This document shows positions 1-12,689 of a DNA stretch of 64,000 bases, piece after piece. The position numbers and the translations under genes are program-made. This DNA is from Chiloscyllium plagiosum (taxonomy: Eukaryota). Below the pieces are notes generated by a model. The model saw nothing but the letters and a program-made list of their open reading frames with translations. It was not told the DNA's origin and ran no database searches. Each line of letters starts with the position of its first letter. Position 1 is the first letter of the stretch. The stretch is taken from NCBI RefSeq assembly GCF_004010195.1, contig NC_057718.1, positions 27,261,477-27,325,476 on the forward strand, written 5' to 3'.

Positions 1-240
1 GTGGGGGAGGGGGGCCGACAGGTTGAGGCGGTTAATGTCCCGGCGGCAGTTGGAAATGAAGAGTTCGAGGGCAGGTATTAGGCCAGCACAGGGTGTACAG
101 GTGGATGCAGTGTGTTGGAGGTGGGCGAAGGAGTCCTCGGAAGATGGGTGGGAATCCTGATTGTGAAAGTAAGCTCGGAGGCGGAGGCGACGGAAGAATT
201 GTTCGATGTCACGGCGTGTATTAAATTCATTGATGCGTGG
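1..240 (-). mobile_element. Penelope-like element fragment (N-terminal ORF region), truncated by the window edge
   Basis: Colinear and highly similar to 34131-34370, which belongs to the large Penelope copy. Confidence 0.85.
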
Positions 241-1320
241 ACGGTAGTGCAGGAGTCTTATGTGGCTATCAACATTTCAAACAAGTTGCTTTGGAAAATG
301 TAGTGTGTGATGGATTCTCAGGGGGATATAGCACGAACAGCCAGGTTTCTGGTATCAAGGTAGGCTCCAATGCAATGAAGGGTGTGTCGGGTTCCAAGTA
401 ATCAATTGAGTTAGGGGACTCTCCAGACAGAGACATAGACACTTGTTTCTATGGCCAGCAGTGAAAAATTAGAATGCTGTGTTCCCTCCCTGGTGCCAGG
501 ATCAAGAATGTCTCAGAGAGGGTGCAGAATGTTCTCAAAGGGAAGAGGGACCAGCAGGAGGTCATTGTACACATTGAAACCAATGACATAGGAATGGAAA
601 AGGATGAGATTCTAAAGAGAGAACATAGAGAGTTAGGCAAGAAATTAAAAAGGAGATCCTTGAGACAGTAATATCTGGATTACTCCCAGTGCTACAGGCT
701 AGTGAGGGTAGGAATAGGAGGATGGAGCAGATGATTGTGTGGCTGAGGAGCTGGTGTATGGGAGAAGGATTCATATTTTTGGATCATTGGAATCTCTTCT
801 GGGGTAGAAGTGATGGAGGGATGGATTGCACCTAAATTGGAAGGGGACTGATGTACTGGCAGGGAGATTTGCTAGAGCTGCTCGGGAGGATTTAAACTTG
901 CAAGGTGGGGGAGTGGGACTCAGGGAAATAGTGAGGAAAGAGATCAATCTGAAATTGGTACAGTTGAGAAAAGAAGCGAATCAGTCAGGGCTGCCAGGGA
1001 CAAAGCAGAGAACAGGTTAGGACTGATAAATTAAACTGCATTTATTTCAATGCAAGAGGCCAATCAGGGAAGGCAGGTGAACTCAGGGCATGGTTGGGAA
1101 CGTGGGACTGGGATATGATAACAATTATAGAAGCATGGCTCAGGGATGGGCAGGACTGGCAGCTTAATGTTCCAGGATACAGATGCTACAGGAAGGATAG
1201 AAAGGGAGGCAAGAGAGGAGAGGGAGTGGCATTTTTGATAAGGGATTGTGTTACAGTTGTACTTAGGGAAGTATAGACAGGATAGATCGAGTGAATCCTT
1301 AGAAGAGGATAAAGGCAGTA
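241..1320 (+). mobile_element. CR1 LINE, 5' part (ORF1 SGNH-esterase region and start of the ORF2 APE endonuclease); continues at 4447
   Basis: Peptides MLCSLPGARIKNVSERV..VIVHIETNDIG and GLHLNWKG (ORF1 esterase), and LNCIYFNAR..WDWDMITIIEAWL..YRKDRKGGKRGEGVA (APE). The end '...aaaggcagta' joins 'ggagtatactt' at about 4450, as in the uninterrupted copy near 39110-39130. Confidence 0.88.
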
Positions 1321-4300
1321 CATAAAACATAGAAAAGTACAGCATAGAACAGGCCCTTTGGCCCACAATGTTGTGCTGAGGTTTAATCCTAATGTAAAAT
1401 ATAATAACTTAACCTACGCAACCCTCAACTCAGTGCTATCCATATGCATGTACAGCAGTTGCTTACATGTTCCCAATGACTCTGCTTTCCACCACCACAG
1501 CTGGCAATGCATTCCATGCATTCACAACTCTCTGTGTAAAGAAGCTACCTCTGACGTGTCCTTTACACATTCCTCCTAATATCTTCAAACTTTGACTCCT
1601 CATACCAGTCAATCCTGCCCTGGGGAAAAGTCTCTGGCCTATTGACTCTATCTATGCCACTCATTATCTTGTATACCTCGATCAGGTCTCCTCTCTTCCT
1701 CCTTCTCTCCAGAGAGAAAAGTCTGAGCTTATTCAACCTTTCTTCAAACAGCAAGCCCTCCAGTCCAGGCAGCATCCTGGTTAACCTTCTTTGCACCCTC
1801 TCCAAAGCCTTTGTATCTTTCCTGTAGTAGGGCAACCAAAACTGAACACAATATTCCAAGTATGGTCTCACCAGGGACTTGTAGAGCTGTAGCAAAACCT
1901 CGTGGCTCTTAAACAACCCTATCCATTTGGGTGGCAACTTTGAGGGATCTATGTACTTGCACATCCAGATCCCTCTGCTCCTCCACACTGCCAAGAATCC
2001 TGTCTTTAATCCTGTTTTCAGCATTCAGCAATCACTTCGCATTTATCCAGGTTGAACTCCATCTGCCATTTCTCAGCCCAGCTCTGCATCCTGTCTATGT
2101 TGCACTGCAGCCTGCAGTAGCCCTCTATACTACCGACAACACCTCCAACCTTTGTGTCATCTGCAAATTTACTAACCCATCCCTCAACTTCCTCATCCAA
2201 GTCATTTATAAAAACTACAAAGAGCAGCGACCCAAGAACAGACCCCAGCGGGACCCCACTCAACACTTTCCATCTACAATCACTCTCTGCCTTCTGTCAG
2301 CCAGCCTATTCCCATACTTCCTGACTTTATGAATGAGCCTACCATGGGGAACCCTATCAAATGCCTTGCTGAAGTCCACATACACTGCATCCACTGCTCG
2401 ACTTTCATCGACCTGTCTTGACACCTTCTCAAAGAACTCAATAAGATTTGTGAGGCATGACCTGCCCCTTACAAAGCCATGCTGATTGCCTTTAATCACA
2501 CTATGCTTTGCCAAATCGTCATAAATCCTATCCCTCAGAATTCTTCCCAAAACTTTGCTGACCACAGATATAAGACTGACTGGTCTGGGATTGCCAGGGA
2601 TTTCCCTATTACCCTTCTTGAAAAGAGGAACAACATTCGCCTCCTTCCAATCCTCCAGTATGAACCCCGTGGAGAGTGAGGAGGCAAATATCCTCGCCAG
2701 TGGCTTAGCAATCTCCTTTCTTGTTTCCCAGAGCAGCCTAGGATAAATCTGGTCTGGCCCTGGGGACTTATCAATCTTAATATTTTCCAAAATTTCCAGC
2801 ACATCAACTTCATTCATCTTGATCTGGTTAAGACTATATCCCAGCTTCTCAAAGTTTTCATTCACAACAAGGTCCCTTTCCTTGGTGAAAACCGAAGCAA
2901 AAATCTCATTTAGGGCTTCCCCTATCTGCTCAGACTTCACGCATAGGTTCCCTACGCTTTCCCTGATCAGCCCTACCTGATCAGCCCTACCTTCCCCCCA
3001 ATCATTCTCTTATTCCTCACGTATGAGTAAAATTCCTTTGGTTTCTCCCTAATCCTTCCTGCCAAGCCTTTTTCATGCCCCCTCTTGGCTCTCCTCACTC
3101 CTTTTCTGAGCTCTTTTCTAGCAAGCCTGTAATCCTCTAAAGCTGTGCTAGATCCTTGCTTCCTCCACCTTACATAAGCTGCCTTCTTCCTTTTGATGAG
3201 AAGTTTCTCTATTGTTGTCATCCAAGGTTCCTTAATCTTACCCCTTCTTACCTGTTTCAGAGGAACAAATTTGTGCATCACTCGCAACAACTGCTCCTTA
3301 AATAGGCTCCACATGTCTGCTGTGCCCTTTCTGTGGAACAATTGCTCCCAGTCTGTACTTCCCAACTCCTGTCCGATAGCGTCATAAGTTCCTTTTCCCC
3401 AATTAAATATCTTCCCTCGGTAACTGCTCCTTTCACTTTCCAAGACTATGCTAAATGTGAGGCAGCTGCGATCACTGTCACCAAAGTGCTCTCCCACCGC
3501 GAGATCTGACACATGTGGTGGCTCGTTGCTGAGCACCAAATCCAAAATGGCCTCTCCCCTCTTCGGTCTGTCTACATACTGAGTAAGAAAACCCTCCTGA
3601 ACACAACTGACAAAAACGGCTCCATCCAAACCATCTGTACTAAGGAGGTTCCAGTCAATATTGGGAAAGTTGAAATCACCCAAACAACAACCCTGCTACT
3701 TCTGCATTTTTCCAGAATCTGCCCACCTATGAGTTCTTCAATCTCTCTACTGCTATTAGGTGGTCTGTAGAAAACCCCCAATGCGGTGGCTGTTCCCTTG
3801 TTGTTCCTAACTTCCACCCATACTGACTCAGTAGACAAACCTTCCTCAACAATCTTTGTTTCTGTAGCTGTGATGCATTCTCTGATTAGCAATGCTATAC
3901 TCCCTCCTCTTTTTCCACCCTCCCTGTTCTTTTTAAATGTTCTAAACCCTGGAACATCAAGCAAACATTCCTGCCTCTGTGAAACCCATATCTCCGTTAT
4001 GGCCACAACATCGTAGCCCCAAGTGCTGATCCATGCTCTAAGTTCGTCACTCTTATTTCGGACGCTCCTTGCATTAAAGCAGACACACTTTAACCGATCC
4101 CTTTGTTTCATTGCATGAGAAACCTTCCCAATAGATTCAATACATGCTGTCACAGCCCCATCTGCATCTGACCCCCTCTCAGACATGTGGCTCTGATTCC
4201 CAACCCCCTGCCAAACTAGTTTAAACCCTCCCGAATCACGAGCAAATCTCCCACCCAGGACATTTGTACCCCTCCAGTTCAGGTGCAACCCATCATTCAT

Positions 4301-4445
4301 GTACAGGCCCCACCTTCCCCAGAAGGTATGCCAATGATCTAGGTATCTGGAGCCCTCCCTCCTGCACCAGTAGTCCTTTGCTCCTCCCTCGCACCTTTCG
4401 GCAAATGGAGGCCCCGACGCATGAAGTAAGTGTTTTAAACAGTTA
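1321..4445 (-). mobile_element. CR1 LINE (ORF1 remnant plus near-complete but frameshifted ORF2), inserted antisense into another CR1
   Basis: ORFs 3572-4300, 2973-3683, 2260-2940, 2018-2266 and 1563-2024 give APE (CVCFNARS, MGDFNFP) and RT (DKSPGPD, QHGF..GRSCLTNL, VPLGSVLG, FADDTK, RPYLEYCVQFW). A ctatgttttatg-type 3' tail sits at 1321. Confidence 0.95.
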
Positions 4446-4446
4446 A

Positions 4447-6331
4447 GTAGGAGTATACTTAAGTGGGAAATCCAGATGGCAGAAATGGGACATGAGATAG
4501 CTTTGTCAAATAGGGTAAAGGAAAATCCAAAGGGTTTTTACAAACACATTAAGGACAAAAACGTAACTAGGGAGTGAATAAGACCCCTTAAAGGTCAGCA
4601 AGGTGGCCTTTGTGTGGAGCCACAGGAGATGGGGGAGATACTAAACGAGTATTTTGCATCAGTTTTTACTGAAGCGAAGGACATGGAAGATATAGAATGT
4701 AGGGAAATAGATGGTGACATCTTGAAAAATGTCCATATTACAGGGGAGGAAGTGCTGGATGTCTTGAAACATATAAAGGTGAATAAATCCCCAGTACTTG
4801 ATCAGGTGTACCCTAGAACTCTGTGGGAAGCTAGCGAAGTGATTGCTGGGCCTCTTGCTGAGATATTTGTATCATGGATAATCACAGGTGAGGTGCCAGA
4901 AGACTGGAGGTTGGTTAATGTGGTATCACTATTCAAGAAAGGTGGAAAGGACAAGCTGGAGAACTATAGACTGATGAGCCTGATGTCGGTGGTGGGCAAG
5001 TGGTTGGAGGGAATCGTGAGGGACAGGATGTACATGTATTTGGAAAGGCAAGGACTGATTAGGGATAGTCAACATGGAAATCATGTCTCACAAACTTGAT
5101 TGAGTTTCATGAAAAAGTAACAAAGGGGATTGATGAGGGCAGACCGGTGGATGTAATCTACATAGACTTCTGTAAGGCATTCGACAAGGTTCCCTTGCCC
5201 ATGGGAGACTGGTGAGCATGGTTAGATCTAATGGAATACAGGGAGAACCAGCCACTTGGATATAGAACTGGCTCAAAGGCAGAAGACAGAGGGTAGTGGT
5301 GAATGGTTGTTTTTCAGACTGGAGGCCTGTGACCAGTGGTGTGCCACAAGGATCAGTACTGGGTCCACTACGTTTCGTCATTTATATAAATGATTTGAAT
5401 ATGAACATATAGTTAGTAAGTTTGCAGATGACACCAAAATTGGAGGTGTAGTGGACAGTGAAGAAAGTTATCTCAGATTACAATGGGATCATAATCAGAT
5501 TGGCTAATGGGCTGAGGAGTGGCAGATGGAGTTTAATTTAGATAATTGTGATGTATTGCATTTTGGGAAAGCAAATCTTAGCAGGATTTATACGCTTAAT
5601 CTTAGGAGTATTGCTAACAAAGAGACCTTGGAGTGCAGGTTCATAGCTCCTTGAAAGTAGAGTCCCAGGTAGATAGGATAGAAGAAGGTGTTTGGTATGC
5701 TTTTCTTTATTGGTCAGAGTATTGAGTATAGGAGTTGGAGGTAATGTTGCGCTGTACTGGACATTGATTAGGCCACTTTTGGAATATTGCGTGCAATTCT
5801 GGTCTTCATATCGGAAGGATGTTTTGAAACTTGAAAGGCTTCAGAAAAGATTTGCAAGGATGTTGCCAGGGTTGGAGAATTTGAGCTACAGGGAGAGGTT
5901 GAATAGGCTGGGACAGTTTTCCTGGATTGTTGGAAGTTGAGGGGTGACCTTACACACGTTTATAAAATCATGAAGGGCATGGATAGGATAAATAGTCAAA
6001 GACTTTTCCCTGGGGGTGGGGGTGTCCAGAACTAGTGGGCATAGATTTAGGGTGAGAGGAGAAAGATATAGAAGAGACCTAAGGGATAACCTTTTCATGT
6101 AAAGGGTGGTACGTGCATGGAATAAGCTGCCAGGGAAAGTGGTAGAGGCTAGTGCGATTGCAACATTTAAGAGGCATTTGGATGGGTATATGAATAGGAA
6201 GGCTTTGGAGGGATATGGGCCGGGTGCTGGCAAGTGGGACGAGATTAGGTTGGGATATCTGGTTGGCATAGATGAGTTGGACCAAAGGGTCTGTTTCCAT
6301 TCTGTACATCTCTATGACTCTACGAATCTAT
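4447..6331 (+). mobile_element. CR1 LINE, 3' part (RT to 3' tail) of the element starting at 241
   Basis: ORF 4614-5099 (EYFASVFT, VPEDWRL), VPQGSVLGP and FADDTK motifs, and the tail ctctatgactctacgaatctatg. Confidence 0.93.
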
Positions 6332-6653
6332 GCACAACACTAAAAACTCATCAAAACGCTTGCAAATAACCACAACCTTGGTGAAACCTAACACGACATT
6401 CACTATAATCATGAATATTTGTTTGATCTTCTCAAATCTGAATTCTGCTCATTTCTATCTCCAGTCATCTGAATCTTATCTTCAGTTTCTTACTGAATTC
6501 CAAGTTTCCTCCTTTGAATTTCCCTGTTATACTGCGTACTCTAAAGTTTATTCAAAATATTATCCCAGTAGTTCAACACATTCTGACAACTTGCTACTCA
6601 CTTCCATTTCTTTATTCAATTAACTTTGACTTCCTAGAACTAAAAATATATTT

Positions 6654-6989
6654 ATCTTGCCTGAATCACAAGGTTGTGGATCTAAATTCCATTCCAAGAC
6701 TTGAACACCAAAAGCTAAGGCTGATATCCCAGTTCAATACTGCAGGAGTATTGCACTGCCAAAAGTGTGGTCTTTCTATAAAGGTATTGAATCTTCCTAT
6801 CAAGTGGATGTAAAAAAATTTAAAAGATAATATTTAAATTTTTAAAGGAAGAGCAGGGGAATTATTTATTGTGTCTTTGTCAATATTTGTCCTTCAACCA
6901 ACATCACTGAAACCAATTATTTGGCATTGTCACACTGCTGTTTGTGGGAGCTTGCTGTGTGAAAATTGGTTAGTGCCCTTCTTACGTTA
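6654..6989 (+). mobile_element. Deu-domain SINE (SacSINE1/AmnSINE-like), 5' portion
   Basis: Matches the recalled Deu-SINE layout: aaggttgtgg...gacttgaacac...tgcactgcc...aagtggatgtaaaa...gaagagcagggga...tcaaccaacatcact...ctgctgtttgtgggagcttgctgtg. Confidence 0.72.
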
Positions 6990-8700
6990 TTTGGGTAAAA
7001 AGTTTTGGGAAACAAGGAAATGGCAGAGGTTTTAAACAAATATCTTGCATCAGTCCTCGTAGTGGAAAGTACTTCAAATATTCCCTTAATACTAAAGAAT
7101 ACAGAAAAAGAATGAAGTACCATCACTATCACTAAAGAGGTAGCATTAGATCGAATAATGGGGTTAAAATCAGATAAGTCCCCTGGCCCTGATGGTTTGC
7201 ATCCTAGGATCCTAAAGAGGTACCTTCAGAGATAGTGAATGCATTGGTTGTAATTTTCCAACAATTATTGGATTCTGGAGAAGTACTAGGGGATTGGTAA
7301 ACTGTCGATATGACACCTCTATTCAAAAAGGGAGGGAGGCAAAAAGCGGTTAACTATAAGCCGATTTGCCTAACATCTATTGTAATCAATTATTAACAAA
7401 GTTATAACAAAATGTTTTGAAAATCATAATCTAATCAACTAGAGTAGGCATGGCTTTATGAAAGGGAAATCATGCCTGACAAATTTATGAGAATTGTTTG
7501 AGAAAGTCTCAGCCAGACTGGAAAGAGGGGAAGCAGTAGATGTGTTGTATTTGGACTTCCAGAAGGTGTTCAACAAGGTACTTCCCAAGGGTTAAGGCAT
7601 AAGATACAGGCCTGCAGTATTAAAGGTAGAATATTTAAGGGCAGCACGATTGCTCAGTGGTTAGCATTGCTGTCTCATAGCACCAGGGACCTGGGTTCAA
7701 TTCCAGCCTTGGGCGACTGTCTGTGTGGGTTTCCTTCGGGTGCTCTGGTTTCTTCCCACAGTCCAAAGATGTGCAGGTGAATTAGTCAGGGGAAATGTAA
7801 AAGTAATAGGGCCAGGAAATGGATCTGGGTGGAATACTCTTCTGAGGGTTGGTTTGGACCTGTTGGGCCAAATGGCCTGTTTCCACACTGTAGGGATTCT
7901 ATGATTCTGTATTGGCATGGATAGAGAAATGGCTAAAGGGTGGGAAACAATGAGTGGGGGCAAGAGGCTCTTTTTCAGGTTGGCAACCCATCACCAGTGG
8001 CATTCCATATGGATCAGTCCTGGGAGAACAACTGTCTGCAGTATATTTTTAATGAATTGGAGAAAGGAAGTGAATGTACTGTCGCCACATTTGCAGAAGA
8101 TCCTAAAATAAGTGGAAAGGCAGGTTGTGAGAGGGATAAAAAGAAATTGATAGATTAGCTAAGTGGGCAGAAAGTTGGCAAATGGATTATAATATGGGAA
8201 ATTGCAAAATTATTCATTTGGAATGGAGAACAATAGAACAGAATATGATTTAAATGAAGAGAAACTGCAGAAAGCTGCGATGCAAAAGGACTTGGGAGAC
8301 TTTTGCATGAAACACAGAAAGTCACTAGTGTTTGGAACAATGAGAGGTGATTCTAAGGGACTTGACAGAATAAATGCTGAGAGGATATTTCCTGTCATGG
8401 AAGAGCCTAAGACCAGAGGAGACAATAATGGGGAGGCAATTTATGATTGTGATGAGGAGGAATTTCTTCTTTCAGTGGATTGTGAGTCTTTGGAACTCCC
8501 TGTCATAATCAGCTGTGGGGCATAATCTTTGTGTATATTTAAGGCTGAGATAGATTCTTGATCAGCAGGGGAATCAAGGGTGGTGGGGAAAGGTTAGGTA
8601 AGTGGACCAGAGGAACAATGGATCAGCCGTGATCCCATTGAATGGAGGAGCAGGCTTGAAGGGCTGAATGGCCTACTCTTGTTCCTGTTTCTTGTGGTCT
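6990..8700 (+). mobile_element. Old, decayed CR1 LINE 3' fragment, interrupted by an HE1 SINE
   Basis: Degenerate DKSPGPDGLHPR, HGFMKGKSCLTNL, LDFQKVFNKV and FAEDPKI motifs, plus the 3' tail gggctgaatggcctactcttgttcct. Confidence 0.88.
7639..7908 (+). mobile_element. HE1 SINE (tRNA-derived V-SINE), internally deleted
   Basis: gggcagcacg..ctcagtggttagc (A box), gggttcaattcc (B box), V-domain ttcccacagtccaaagatgtgcagg, and a CR1-like tail ending gattctatgattct. Confidence 0.9.
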
Positions 8701-8802
8701 TATTACAACAGTGACAACACTTCAAAGTTACGTAATTGACTAGAGAAGAGTTTGGGATGATGGGTGATTGTGAAAGACACCATATAAATCCAAATTTTCT
8801 TT
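8701..8802 (+). mobile_element. Deu-domain SINE, 3' portion (continuation of 6654-6989)
   Basis: attacaacagtgacaacacttcaaag...tttgggatg...tgtgaaagacaccatataaat continues the Deu-SINE 3' end from where the 5' part stops. Confidence 0.7.
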
Positions 8803-9780
8803 ACACAGCATCAAATTCATTTTCAGTTTCGGTTGCTTTTTCAAATCCCAGTTGTTCTATAGAATGCTTAAAGAATTTATAAAGAAAAATTAATGTTAAC
8901 AAGACCAACTTCTCCTAAAGCATTCAACATTACTAATGGGTCTTCAGTTGAAAAGGACAGTACTAATGCAAAGTATATTGAGGTCTTAGTTGACTTTCAC
9001 CAACTTGTCAGTTGGTCTTTCTGATCAATATCACATTTGTTGCAGTAATTCAACAAATGCATATAATTTTTTTCTCATCTCATTCCTTGTAGCTTTCTGT
9101 GTCCTCACTTACATTCATCATGGAATTCTGCTGGCCCTTCAACACAAATTCTCTTGAACACTGGATGAAATCTTCCCAGCCCCTAAACGATGAATGCTAT
9201 GATTAAATGTTTGGAAAAATTGGGTGAAATATCCAGTGAGTACCTTTGTTAGGTTCTTTTTCTTGAGATTCTTACACTTCCTTTTCTTGATGCAACTATA
9301 ATATGCCAACTTCTGTGTACAGCCAAAATTTATTAAGCAAGTACAAGCTGTGGAGGAACCCTCACCACTCTTTGGCATGCTGGCGTAGCCATGTCAAGGG
9401 ATCTCTCCCTGAACAAAAGAATCAGTCGTTCCTTTATACAGTACAAGAGTTTCACATTACAGTCAGTAATACCCACAAGACAACCCCCAGCCACTCCCCC
9501 ACAGTCACATGCCACTCAAGACACAATGTAGTGATTACATCATTTCCAGAAACAACGTAATGTAAATCATCCCTTAATGGCCAGATCTGTTATAAATTGT
9601 TTTTTTAACTGCAGGGAGTAGCCAGAATTTTAATTGCAATGCTCTTATTGATTTCTGAACAGGGGATGATAATGTAATTCTTTTACTCTGAATAACTAGG
9701 AAATTACCATGCAAATGGCTCTAAATGGTAGGGGATGGGAGTGTAAATTCTTTACATTCTACCTGTAAGACAAAGACATA

Positions 9781-9820
9781 CCACCCAAAGACAGAGGCAG
9801 ACCACTCTGTCTTTGGGTGG
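9781..9820. repeat. Perfect 16-bp inverted repeat (hairpin) with an 8-nt loop
   Basis: ccacccaaagacagag - gcagacca - ctctgtctttgggtgg. Confidence 0.95.
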
Positions 9821-10830
9821 CATAGTCTTAGGATATCCAATTTCTGGCAGGTCAGCAGAGCAAACTAACCCTTTAACATCTCATTTTCTTGACTTCAAGA
9901 CCAAAGAGTCTCACTTTCTCACCAAGTCCTGGATGTCAAGATGAGTTTCACAATGGTGAGCAGTGAGAAACCAACTAGCATGGATTATCACTCACAATCA
10001 CCTTCATTATTATGTAATCTCACCTTTTTTTTGATATGCAGCCTTCCATTCTGTCATCTGCCAAATAGAAAACAGATACCAAGATCTCCAGTTATAAAAG
10101 GCACAGCGGGCAGGATACCAGCAACTCCAGCCTACCGCTTGCTCCACTGAACATCTGTTTTGGACACCTGGCATCAACAACCCAAGAATCCAACATCCAT
10201 AGACACTAACATACAACACATTTGAGCCTCTCAATATCAAAATGGCACATCTCTGTCCCACTTGCAATATGCTGCTGCAATTTAGAGAGACATGACACCT
10301 CTTATTTAAATACTGCTGCAATGGCACATGGGTGTAGGCCCCACTCATGAACTGGACCACACTGCATATTCTTGTTGGCTTGCTTGTTCGTTTATCGTTC
10401 ACTCACTTTGTGAGTACCTTGAAGCTCACAACATCACTGCTTTGCCTTGCCTTGCATTTTGCCCCCTAAGGCAGACTTTAAAAGCACTTTAAAATGCTGA
10501 CACAAAACCAGGCAGTTTATCATGCTCGTCAGCAGTCACTGGTTGAGGGGGTAGACATGTTGCTGGATGGCACAGAGCTAAGCCAATCTCACACCTGCAG
10601 CATTTGTCAGCAGCCTAGGCGGCAAAACACTCTGTGTGTTGGCAAAATGTCGATGGTTGAAGGGGAGTAGTTCTCAGTCAAATTAAGAGATCTATCGTCA
10701 GTCAGGGGGTCTCGGTACAGTCTGCCAAGGGCATCATCCACAATCAGTTCAGGACCTTGGAGAAGGTAATCATCTGCTTAGGGTGGTCACAGTCAGGGAG
10801 TTAGTCTTATTACAGTCTGGGGACTGAGGC

Positions 10831-11055
10831 ATTCTCCCGCTCCTCAGATGCTGCCTGACCTGCTGTGTTTTTCCAGACTCTGACTCTGATCTCCAGCATC
10901 TGCAATCCTCACTTTCTCATGAAGCCTTTCCTGATGAAGGGCTTATGCCCGAAACATTAATTCTCCTGATCCTTGGATGCTGCCTGACCTGCTGTGCTTT
11001 GGCAAGATCACACTCTCAACTCTGATCTTCAGCATTTGCAGTCCTCACTTTCTCC
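10831..11055 (+). mobile_element. Penelope-derived short element with a tandemly repeated 3' end and a hammerhead motif (10931-10958)
   Basis: gatgctgcctgacctgctgtg...agcat.tgca.tcctcactttctc occurs twice, with CTGATGA-A-GGGC-ttat-GCCC-GAAAC between the copies. Confidence 0.88.
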
Positions 11056-11399
11056 TAGTGAGCCACGGTCAGCCCTTCAAAGCCAGTGCCAGACAGGCAA
11101 CCTAAAGATTGTCAGTCAGGGAGCTGCACGGCCAACAGTCATGGATCTGGTAAATCGTCAGGAGAAAGTGAGGACTGTAGATACCCTCCCTCTGGGTATT
11201 GTGGGTCAACCTTTAGCACATAGACAGCAGCAGATTAAGAAGGCAGCTGACCACCACCTTCTCAAGAGCAGCTAGGCACTGGCAATAAATGCTGGGTAGC
11301 CAATGATGCCCACCACCCATGGACTCAAGGTGCCCAATGCGACTTGCATTGCCTATGATCTCTCAATTTTTGAAGATTTTTTGAAATTTTTTATTAACC

Positions 11400-11596
11400 T
11401 GTTTTTCTAACTAATCTGTTCAGAGATTTTATTACACACCTTTAGACCCCAGGCATCCTGATCTCTCAATTCCTACCTATTTTTCTAATCAATCTGTTCA
11501 GAGATGTAATTACATATCGCTGGAGCAGGTTAGACTTGAACCAGGGTCTCTTAGTCCAGGGGTAGGGACACGACTGCTGCACCACAAGAGGACCCT
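11400..11596 (-). mobile_element. Short tRNA-derived SINE with a partial tandem duplication of its 3' end
   Basis: The minus strand reads ctcttgtggtgcagcagt (A-box-like)...ggttcaagtc (B box). ttttctaa.yaatctgttcagagat is repeated at about 11403 and 11481. Confidence 0.55.
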
Positions 11597-12230
11597 CTCT
11601 CAGTTCCTAAATGCAACCTATTAACAGAAAACAGCTGTGACCTCACCCAGAGTGGACAGTCAATGGTCTTTTCTGTCCCAGGCCAGGCTCCACTTCTGAG
11701 TGATATGGGGTACTTCAAAGGGCAATTGCATCAATCATGTCCTCAGAGCCCAAGTTAAAGTCATTTACAATCACAGCATCCCAACTGTGTGGGAGGAGGC
11801 AAATGCTGGTCATAAGAAATCTTGACCATGTCAATGATCACTGCAGTTTGAAGATAGACATCTATGTGAAGCTGCAGTAACCCCCAGTCAAACTTAAAAG
11901 AGACACTTGTGAGTCACAAAACATAAAGATAAGGTAAAATCTCATTGACTGTCGAAAAACACAAAAGATTCCCTCTTACTCTGAACTGTAAGCATTATGC
12001 TAGGTGCACTTATTTGCGATTATGCCTTTTGTGGGTGATGAAGGGCTTGGAGGAGAAGGGTCCAATACTCATGAAGCACTTACGATCTCTTTCTGTATCA
12101 TTGCAACATGACTAGTTCTCATTCAGTGGAATACAGTCCAATGTCAATGTATCATGTAGAGTCATTGCATGACCCTCCATATCACAGTGTTCCATGTCCC
12201 ATTGTGTAGAGAAATATGTTAAGCTGTAAT

Positions 12231-12557
12231 TTAGATTAGATTACTTACAGTGTGGAAACAGGCCCTTCGGCCCAACAAGTCCACACAGACCCGCCAAACG
12301 CGCAATCCACCCAGACCCATTCCCCTACGTTTATCCCTTCACCTAACACTACGGGCAATTTAGCATGGCCAATTCACCTAACCTGCACAGTTTTGGACTG
12401 TGGGAGGAAACCGGAGCACCCGGAGGAAACCCACGCAGACACAGGGAGAATGTGCAAACTCCAAACAGGCAGGAATTGAAGCCGGGTCTCTGGCGCTGTG
12501 AGGCAGCAGTGCTAACCACTGTGCCACCGTGCTGCCCACTGTGCCACCGTGCCGCCC
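12231..12557 (-). mobile_element. HE1 SINE with a duplicated 5' end
   Basis: Full HE1 body and (TCTAA)n tail; ccactgtgccaccgtgc.gcc occurs in tandem at 12516-12557. Confidence 0.95.
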
Positions 12558-12689
12558 ACTTGTGAAGGAGAGTAGTTCTCAGTCAAATTAAGGGATCTAT
12601 TTGTGAGTGATGTGAATGCTGACTGCTCATTAGACACGTTACATTAGGCACATTACTGATGCTCTGCTCCTCGCACAGGTTCATTGCAA

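Noticed and set aside
9093..9235. Exon-like segment with a good acceptor (ttccttgtag) and donor (gtgagt)
   Set aside because: All three frames contain stops, the peptide LSVSSLTFIMEFCWPF... is not recognised, and no partner exons were found.
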